The notes beneath the pieces are model-generated. The model was not told the DNA's origin. It worked only from the letters and a program-made list of their open reading frames with translations, and made no database searches. Below are positions 57,555 through 64,000 of a stretch of DNA of 64,000 bases, one piece after another. Source of the stretch: a bacterium. GTDB lineage: Bacteria > Patescibacteriota > Minisyncoccia > UBA6257 > GWB1-50-10. Position numbers and translations under genes: made by a program. The DNA is taken from the NCBI GenBank assembly GCA_002686365.1, contig NZBZ01000004.1, positions 27,079-91,078 of the forward strand. Direction: 5' to 3'. Position 1 is the stretch's first letter. Each line of letters opens with the position of its first letter.

Positions 57555-60500
57555 ATGTCTACTTTGCTGAATAAAAAAGTATTTTCTACATATAAGAGGC
57601 CGGCGTTTAAAGAGAGGAGTCTTATTGAGGTTCAGAAGGATTCATTTGATTGGTTTCTGGAGGATGGGCTTCGGGAGCTTTTTGATGAGATTTCTCCGAT
57701 TCAGGATCATACCGGAGAGGAGCTTGAACTTCATTTTTTGGATTATACGTTTGATAAGCCGAAATATACGGAAGAGCAGGCAAAGGCAAAAGATCAGACG
57801 TATGAGTCATCGCTTCGGGTAAAGCTGAAGCTTACTGATACAAAGCGGAATACAAAGGATGTCCAGGAGGTATATCTGGGAGATTTTCCAATGATGACGG
57901 ATCGGGGAACGTTTATTATCAATGGCGTTGATCGTGTTGTTATTTCTCAGATTGTTCGATCTCCCGGTGCCTATTTTTTGATGAAAGTATTTCGAGGAAG
58001 GAAGTTTTTTGGAGCAAAGATTATTCCTAACAGGGGATCGTGGCTTGAGTTTGATACTGATCCTGATGGTTTTCTTGGGGTTCGAATTGATCGAAAGAGA
58101 AAGACTCCGGTTACGCAGCTTCTTCGGATATTTGGCTTTGAAACGAATGAGGAGATTTTAGAAGCGTTTAAAGATGTTGATACTGGAGAGGTGAATCATA
58201 TTGAGGCGACTCTTAAGAAGGATGATGTTGAGGATGCCGCCCAATCATATGTAGAGATTTATAGACGTCTTAGGCCTGGAGATCTTGCTACTGCTGAAAA
58301 TGCTCAATCTTTGATTGATGCTATGTTTCAGCGATTTGATAGGTACGATCTTAGTAAGGTTGGACGATTTAAACTTAATCAGCGGCTTGGGCTTTCTGAT
58401 AAGAAGGAGGGCGGACTTTTGGACAAGGAGGACATCGTGGGTGTTTTGAAGGAGATTATTCGTTTGAATAATAATATTGAAGCAGGGCCTGATGATATTG
58501 ATCATTTGGGAAATCGCAGAGTGCGGGCTGTTGGAGAGCTTGTGCAGTCTCGGCTTCGAGTTGGTTTTGCGCGGCTTAGGCGAGGAGTGCAGGATAGGAT
58601 GTCTACTATTGAGCGGGATGAGCTTCAGCCGGTTCAGCTGGTAAATTATAAGGTTCTTTCTGCTGTGGTTCGTGACTTTTTCTCTTCTTCTCAGCTTTCT
58701 CAGTTTATGGATCAGGTAAATCCTTTGGCAGAGCTTGAGCATAAGCGCCGTCTTTCAGCAATGGGACCAGGAGGGCTTACGCGGGAGCGTGCTGGCTTTG
58801 AAGTTCGTGATGTGCATCCTTCGTATTATGGAAGGATTTGTCCGATTCAGACTCCAGAGGGAGCAAATATTGGTCTTGTGAGTTATCTGGCTAGCCATAC
58901 ACGTCTTAATGAGTTTGGATTTTTGGAAACTCCTTATTATAGGGTGGAGGATGGTGTAGTGACGTCCAAATTAGATTGGCTGGATGCGATTAAGGATGAG
59001 GAATATAACATTGCTCAGGCTGATGTTCGGCTTGATGATAATGGGAAGATTTTAGAAGATAATGTTTCTGCGCGTATTAAGGGCAGAGCTGGAACTTGTC
59101 TTCGGGAGGACGTTGATTATATGGATGTGTCTCCTGATCAGTTTACTAGTATTGCTGCGTCTCTTATACCGTTTCTTGAGCACAATGATGCAAACCGCGC
59201 GCTTATGGGTTCAAACATGCAGAGACAGGCAGTTCCTTCTATTGTGCCAGAGGCTCCTCTTGTGGGGACGGGTCGTGAAGAGAAGGCGGCGCAGGATTCT
59301 CAGCAGGTTATTCTTTCCGGAGTGAATGGGAGAGTGAGCGCTGTAGAGGCTGATGGGATTGATGTGAAGGCTTCGGGCGGCATTATTCATTCATATCCTC
59401 TTGTTAAATTTGTTCGTTCTAACCAGTCTACCTGCCTTTCTCAACGTCCTGTTGTGTCGGTTGGCGATAAAGTTAAGAAGGGTGATGTGCTTGCCGATGG
59501 TCCTGCAACTGATAATGGAGTACTTGCTCTTGGACAGAATCTTGTTGTTGCATTTGTCCCTTGGAGGGGGGCGAATTTTGAGGATGCTATTGTTCTTTCA
59601 GAGAGGGTTGCGCAGCATGATAGATTTACCTCTATTCATATTGAAACTTTCGTTTGCGCAGTTCGAGATACTAAGCTTGGCCCTGAGGTTACTACTCCGG
59701 ATATTCCGAATGTTTCTGAGGATAAGCTTAGGAATTTAGATGAAGAAGGAGTTGTTAGAATTGGAGCCGAGGTTCGTTCTAATGATATTTTGGTTGGAAA
59801 AATTTCTCCTAAGGGTGAGTCTGAACTTACTTCTGAAGAACGTCTTCTTCGGGCTATTTTTGGCGAGAAGGCGCGGGATGTGAAAGATTCATCTCTTACT
59901 GTTCCTCATGGAAAGAAGGGACGTGTGATTGGCGTGAAGATTTTTTCTCGAGAGAAGGGAGATAAGCTTGAGCCGGGAATTATTCAGAAGATTCAGATTG
60001 AGGTTGCACAGCTTCGAAAGATTCGCGCCGGAGATAAGCTTACTGGCCGATATGGAAATAAGGGGGTAATTTCGCAGGTGAGGCCTGTGGAGGATATGCC
60101 GTATTTGGAAGATGGAACTCCTGTTGATGTGGTACTGAATCCTCTTGGTGTTCCTTCTCGAATGAACCTTGGTCAGATTCTTGAAATTCATACTGGATTT
60201 GCTGCCAAGCTTAATGGGTATCGTGCTGTGGTGCCGAACTTTGTTGGCGCGACTGAAGATGATATTCGTAAGGAGCTTGAAGAGGCTGGCGTTTCTCCGG
60301 AAGGAAAGGTTACGCTCTACGATGGTGTGACTGGACAGTGTTTCCGGGAGAAGATTGCTGTGGGAGTCATGTATGTTATGAAACTTAATCACTTGGTTGA
60401 GGATAAGATCCATATGCGTTCCACGGGTCCTTATTCTCTTATCACGCAGCAGCCGCTTGGCGGAAAGGCGCAGCTTGGAGGTCAGCGATTTGGAGAGATG

Positions 60501-60815
60501 GAAGTTTGGGCGCTTGAGGGATATGGCGCGGCGCACACTTTGCAGGAGATGCTTACTATTAAGTCAGATGATGTTTTGGGTCGAGCTTCTGCCTTTGAGT
60601 CTATTATTCGAGGGAGGGAGATTCGGAAGCCGAATATTCCGGCGTCATTTAATGTGCTTGTAAGTGAGCTCAAGTCTTTAGGTCTTAGCGTTGGATATGA
60701 AGGAAAGAGTATAGATGAGGGAGAAGAGGATGGAGCAGAAGACGGAAAAGAAGAGCAGGCAGAGGAAGAGACGAAGACTGAGGAGAATAAGAAGGAGGTC
60801 GGTTCGACAAATTAA
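57555..60815 (+). CDS. rpoB: DNA-directed RNA polymerase subunit beta
   Basis: 1086 aa with the conserved RpoB regions (for example GRYGNKGVIS and NMQRQAVP-like segments). Confidence 0.95.
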   Translation: MSTLLNKKVFSTYKRPAFKERSLIEVQKDSFDWFLEDGLRELFDEISPIQDHTGEELELHFLDYTFDKPKYTEEQAKAKDQTYESSLRVKLKLTDTKRNTKDVQEVYLGDFPMMTDRGTFIINGVDRVVISQIVRSPGAYFLMKVFRGRKFFGAKIIPNRGSWLEFDTDPDGFLGVRIDRKRKTPVTQLLRIFGFETNEEILEAFKDVDTGEVNHIEATLKKDDVEDAAQSYVEIYRRLRPGDLATAENAQSLIDAMFQRFDRYDLSKVGRFKLNQRLGLSDKKEGGLLDKEDIVGVLKEIIRLNNNIEAGPDDIDHLGNRRVRAVGELVQSRLRVGFARLRRGVQDRMSTIERDELQPVQLVNYKVLSAVVRDFFSSSQLSQFMDQVNPLAELEHKRRLSAMGPGGLTRERAGFEVRDVHPSYYGRICPIQTPEGANIGLVSYLASHTRLNEFGFLETPYYRVEDGVVTSKLDWLDAIKDEEYNIAQADVRLDDNGKILEDNVSARIKGRAGTCLREDVDYMDVSPDQFTSIAASLIPFLEHNDANRALMGSNMQRQAVPSIVPEAPLVGTGREEKAAQDSQQVILSGVNGRVSAVEADGIDVKASGGIIHSYPLVKFVRSNQSTCLSQRPVVSVGDKVKKGDVLADGPATDNGVLALGQNLVVAFVPWRGANFEDAIVLSERVAQHDRFTSIHIETFVCAVRDTKLGPEVTTPDIPNVSEDKLRNLDEEGVVRIGAEVRSNDILVGKISPKGESELTSEERLLRAIFGEKARDVKDSSLTVPHGKKGRVIGVKIFSREKGDKLEPGIIQKIQIEVAQLRKIRAGDKLTGRYGNKGVISQVRPVEDMPYLEDGTPVDVVLNPLGVPSRMNLGQILEIHTGFAAKLNGYRAVVPNFVGATEDDIRKELEEAGVSPEGKVTLYDGVTGQCFREKIAVGVMYVMKLNHLVEDKIHMRSTGPYSLITQQPLGGKAQLGGQRFGEMEVWALEGYGAAHTLQEMLTIKSDDVLGRASAFESIIRGREIRKPNIPASFNVLVSELKSLGLSVGYEGKSIDEGEEDGAEDGKEEQAEEETKTEENKKEVGSTN

Positions 60816-60850
60816 CCTAATTATTCTAATTGACTTAATTGTTTTAATTT

Positions 60851-63800
60851 ATGGAAGCAAAATTAAAAGATGTACATAGTATTTCAATACGGCTTGCGTC
60901 TCCGGAGGAGATTCATTCCTGGTCTTATGGAGAGGTTTTGAAGCCGGAGACTTTGAATTATCGTACGCAGCGGCCAGAGAAGGATGGACTTTTTTCTGAG
61001 CGTATTTTTGGTCCTACAAAGGACTATGAGTGTTATTGCGGGAAGTATAAGAAGTATAGATATAAGGGAATTGTGTGTGAGAAGTGCGGAGTTGAAGTAA
61101 CGCGTTCGGTTGTCCGGCGCGAGCGTATGGGGCATATTTCACTTGCAGTTCCTGTTACGCATATTTGGTTTCTTCGAACCATTCCTTCAAAACTTAGTCT
61201 TATTTTGGATATTTCTGTTCCAAAGCTTGAGAAGGTTATTTATTATGCTGCGTTTATCGTGACATCTGTGGATGAGGATGCGAAAAAGCGCGCGCTTGAA
61301 GATATTAAACGTGAGTACAAGTCGCTTAAGGATGAGGAGGGGGTAGAGAGTGCAAAGACCGCAAAAGAGCGGAGCGAGGAGATTGTGAAGGTTTTGGAGC
61401 CCGGACTTATTCTTACGGAGGAGGAGTATTATATGCTTTCTCAGAGATTTGGAGAGGTGTTTGAGGCGGATCGGGGAGCTGGTGCGGTTCGGAAGATTCT
61501 TGAGCAGGTAGAGCTTGATAAGCTTTATCGGCAGCTTATGAAAGATCTTGATTCGGTAAAAGACTTTAGCCGTAAGAAGAGAGCGCTTCGGCGTATTCGT
61601 GTTGTTCGTTCTTTCCTGCGGTCAGAGGTGAGGCCGGAGTGGATGGTCTTTACTGAACTTCCAATACTTCCGCCTGATCTTCGTCCAATGGTTGCTCTTG
61701 ATGGCGGCCGGTATGCGACTGCGGACTTGAATGATTTATATCGACGGGTAATTAATAGAAATAATCGCTTGAAGAGACTTATTGAACTTCGATCTCCTGA
61801 CGTTATTGTTACGAATGAGAAGAGAATGCTTCAGGAGGCGGTTGATGCTCTTATTGATAACTCTTCGCATGCTGGGTCTCAGATTCTTTCAAGCAGACGG
61901 CGGCCTCTGAAGTCTTTGGCTGACATGCTTAAAGGAAAGCAGGGAAGGTTTCGGCAGAATCTTTTGGGTAAACGAGTTGATTATTCTGCACGCAGTGTGA
62001 TTGTAGTTGGTCCGGAGCTTGCTATTAATGAGTGTGGACTGCCGAAGAATTTGGCTCTTGAGGTATTTCGTCCGTTTGTTATTAATAAAATTATTGAGAG
62101 GGGTTTGGCATATAACATTAAACAGGCCAATCGTCTTATTGAGCATGGTCCGCCTGAAGTGTGGGCAATCCTTGAAGAGGTGATTGAGAATCGGCTTGTG
62201 CTTTTGAATCGCGCGCCTACTCTTCATAGGTTGGGAGTTCAGGCATTTAAGCCTCTTCTTATTGAAGACCTTGCAATTCGTATTCCTTCATTAGTCTGCG
62301 CTGCATTTAATGCTGACTTTGATGGTGATCAGATGGCAGTTCATCTTCCGCTTACTGTTGAGGCGCAGTATGAGGCGCGGGAGCTTATGGATGCCGCAAA
62401 GAATATTTTGAAGCCTGCAGATGGAGAGCCGATTGCTGATCCTACAAAGGATATTGTACTTGGGTGTTATGCCTTGACTCAGATGAGAGAGGGTGCGAAA
62501 GGGGATGGGCATACGTTCTCCGGCTTTACAGAGGCCACTCTTGCGTATGAATCCGGATTTATTGATTTGTGCGCGAAGATTCATGCGCGCGTACCTCTTT
62601 CTGATGGTACGGAGGAAGTTTATGAGACTACATATGGGAGACTTATCTTTAATCGTGTTTTGCCGAAAGAGTTTGAGTTTGTGAATGATCATCTTGGAAA
62701 GAAAAAGCTGGTGGCACTGGTTTCCCGCATTGTTGAGACATATGGAATTCAGGAGGCGCATGAGTATGTTGATAAGATTAAGAGTATTGGATTTGAGTAT
62801 TCCACGATTTCCGGCATTACGTGGGGCATGGATGACACCAAAGTTCCTCCGGAGAAGGATCAGATTATTAAAGATGGAGAGGAACAGGTTGAGGTTATTG
62901 AGTCTCAGTTTGCCGAAGGACTTCTTACTTCTGAAGAGAGGAGAGAGAAGGTTATTATGATATGGACTGAGGCTCGAGAGAAAATTGCAGAGCTTATTCC
63001 TAAGACGCTTTCTGTTGATAATCCAGTGTATACCATTATTGACTCTGGAGCGCGAGGAAGCTGGTCTCAGCCTATTCAGATGATGGGCATGAAGGGGCTT
63101 GTGATTAACCCTAATGGTGAGATTATTGAGCTTCCTGTGAAGAAGTCATATAAAGAAGGCCTTAGTATTCTTGAATATTTTATTTCTTCTCACGGAGCCA
63201 GAAAGGGTTCAACAGATACTGCGCTTAAGACTGCGTCTGCCGGATATCTTACTCGTCGTCTTGTTGATGTTTCACAGGATCTTATTATTCGGGGTGAAGA
63301 TTGTAAGACGAAAGAAGGAATTGAGGTGTTTCGAGCTGATGGAGAGGAGTTCGGATATAAGCTTTCTGAGCGATTATATTCTCGGGCTGCTTCCGAAGAT
63401 ATAAAGGATGGGCGGAAAACACTTGTGAAGGCGGGCGAGATTATTACGAAAGATATTGCTGCTGCTATTGAAGAGACTTCGTTAGATGTTGTGAAGATTC
63501 GTTCTCCTATTACATGTAAGACTCTTTACGGCGTGTGTCCTCGCTGCTATGGCTTGGATTTGAGCAGAGGAGATATTATTAATGAGGGTGAGGCGATTGG
63601 TATTGTTGCAGCTCAGTCTATTGGTGAGCCGGGTACACAGCTTACTATGAGGACTTTCCATGTCGGAGGTGTTGCAGGAGTTGATATTACTCATGGACTT
63701 CCAAGGGTTGAGGAGATTTTCGAAGCTCGAATTCCAAAAGGTAAGGCGCCTCTTGCTAAGATTGACGGCGTTATAGAAGATATTGAGTCTCGAGGCCTTA

Positions 63801-64000
63801 CTCAGGTTGTGAAGATTAAAGCGTTTTCCGGAAAGGTTAAGAAGTCTTTGCAGGAGTATGTTCTGCCTGCAGGTGCAACGTTATATGTAAAGAAGGGAGA
63901 TAATGTGGAGAAGGGGCTGCAGCTTGCTGAGGGCTCTTTGGATATTCAAGAGATTGCTGAGTTTCTGGGAATAAAGGAGGCACAGAGGTATATCATTAAT
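60851..64000 (+). CDS. rpoC: DNA-directed RNA polymerase subunit beta-prime (5-prime partial, runs off the window end)
   Basis: [29 protein letters not shown] start, zinc finger [37 protein letters not shown] catalytic motif; not in the ORF track because there is no stop inside the window. Confidence 0.9.
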   Translation, partial: MEAKLKDVHSISIRLASPEEIHSWSYGEVLKPETLNYRTQRPEKDGLFSERIFGPTKDYECYCGKYKKYRYKGIVCEKCGVEVTRSVVRRERMGHISLAVPVTHIWFLRTIPSKLSLILDISVPKLEKVIYYAAFIVTSVDEDAKKRALEDIKREYKSLKDEEGVESAKTAKERSEEIVKVLEPGLILTEEEYYMLSQRFGEVFEADRGAGAVRKILEQVELDKLYRQLMKDLDSVKDFSRKKRALRRIRVVRSFLRSEVRPEWMVFTELPILPPDLRPMVALDGGRYATADLNDLYRRVINRNNRLKRLIELRSPDVIVTNEKRMLQEAVDALIDNSSHAGSQILSSRRRPLKSLADMLKGKQGRFRQNLLGKRVDYSARSVIVVGPELAINECGLPKNLALEVFRPFVINKIIERGLAYNIKQANRLIEHGPPEVWAILEEVIENRLVLLNRAPTLHRLGVQAFKPLLIEDLAIRIPSLVCAAFNADFDGDQMAVHLPLTVEAQYEARELMDAAKNILKPADGEPIADPTKDIVLGCYALTQMREGAKGDGHTFSGFTEATLAYESGFIDLCAKIHARVPLSDGTEEVYETTYGRLIFNRVLPKEFEFVNDHLGKKKLVALVSRIVETYGIQEAHEYVDKIKSIGFEYSTISGITWGMDDTKVPPEKDQIIKDGEEQVEVIESQFAEGLLTSEERREKVIMIWTEAREKIAELIPKTLSVDNPVYTIIDSGARGSWSQPIQMMGMKGLVINPNGEIIELPVKKSYKEGLSILEYFISSHGARKGSTDTALKTASAGYLTRRLVDVSQDLIIRGEDCKTKEGIEVFRADGEEFGYKLSERLYSRAASEDIKDGRKTLVKAGEIITKDIAAAIEETSLDVVKIRSPITCKTLYGVCPRCYGLDLSRGDIINEGEAIGIVAAQSIGEPGTQLTMRTFHVGGVAGVDITHGLPRVEEIFEARIPKGKAPLAKIDGVIEDIESRGLTQVVKIKAFSGKVKKSLQEYVLPAGATLYVKKGDNVEKGLQLAEGSLDIQEIAEFLGIKEAQRYIIN

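Overview
This 64 kb window looks like part of a small, AT-rich bacterial chromosome. Short ribosomal proteins, a split transketolase, an unlinked 16S rRNA gene and unusual pilins suggest a Candidate Phyla Radiation (Patescibacteria)-like organism, inferred from sequence alone. The core genes are housekeeping and central metabolism: rplU, recR, dnaB, cysS, gap, rpiB, rpe, transketolase in two pieces, a PfkB kinase, class II aldolase, tpiA, rplY, rpmE, one 16S rRNA gene, a SEDS protein, mltG, rpoB and the start of rpoC. There is a large type IV pilus-like cluster between about 30.7 and 51 kb. It holds a short and a full-length PilB/GspE ATPase, PilC, a truncated pilC fragment, four prepilins (two with LamG-like lectin domains) and a membrane-anchored TraD/VirD4/FtsK-like ATPase.

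Three things stand out.

- **GC-rich islets.** At least nine small islets of 0.5-4 kb carry hypothetical genes with strong Shine-Dalgarno sites. They sit inside an AT-rich core whose genes mostly lack Shine-Dalgarno sequences, and whose 16S 3-prime end lacks the CCUCC anti-SD. Several islets are bounded by direct repeats: a 20-bp perfect repeat next to the 16S gene, a duplicated transketolase 3-prime end, and three to four degenerate copies of the 3-prime end of an FN3-like gene that delimit a tandem cassette-like array. One islet truncates a pilC copy.
- **Repeat families that invade coding sequence in frame.** An 8-bp ATATCGAG minisatellite lies inside the capA-like gene and again upstream of mscS. 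An AGCTTTTAGCTTCATTAGC / AGCTATAAGCT family is scattered through the pilus cluster, encodes pilin leader peptides and one C-terminus, and recurs inside tpiA.
- **Identical promoter-plus-leader modules** (TTTTATAAT, then ATG 6-7 nt later) in front of three pilin-like genes, implying leaderless expression.

No tRNA, CRISPR array, transposase or integrase was recognised.
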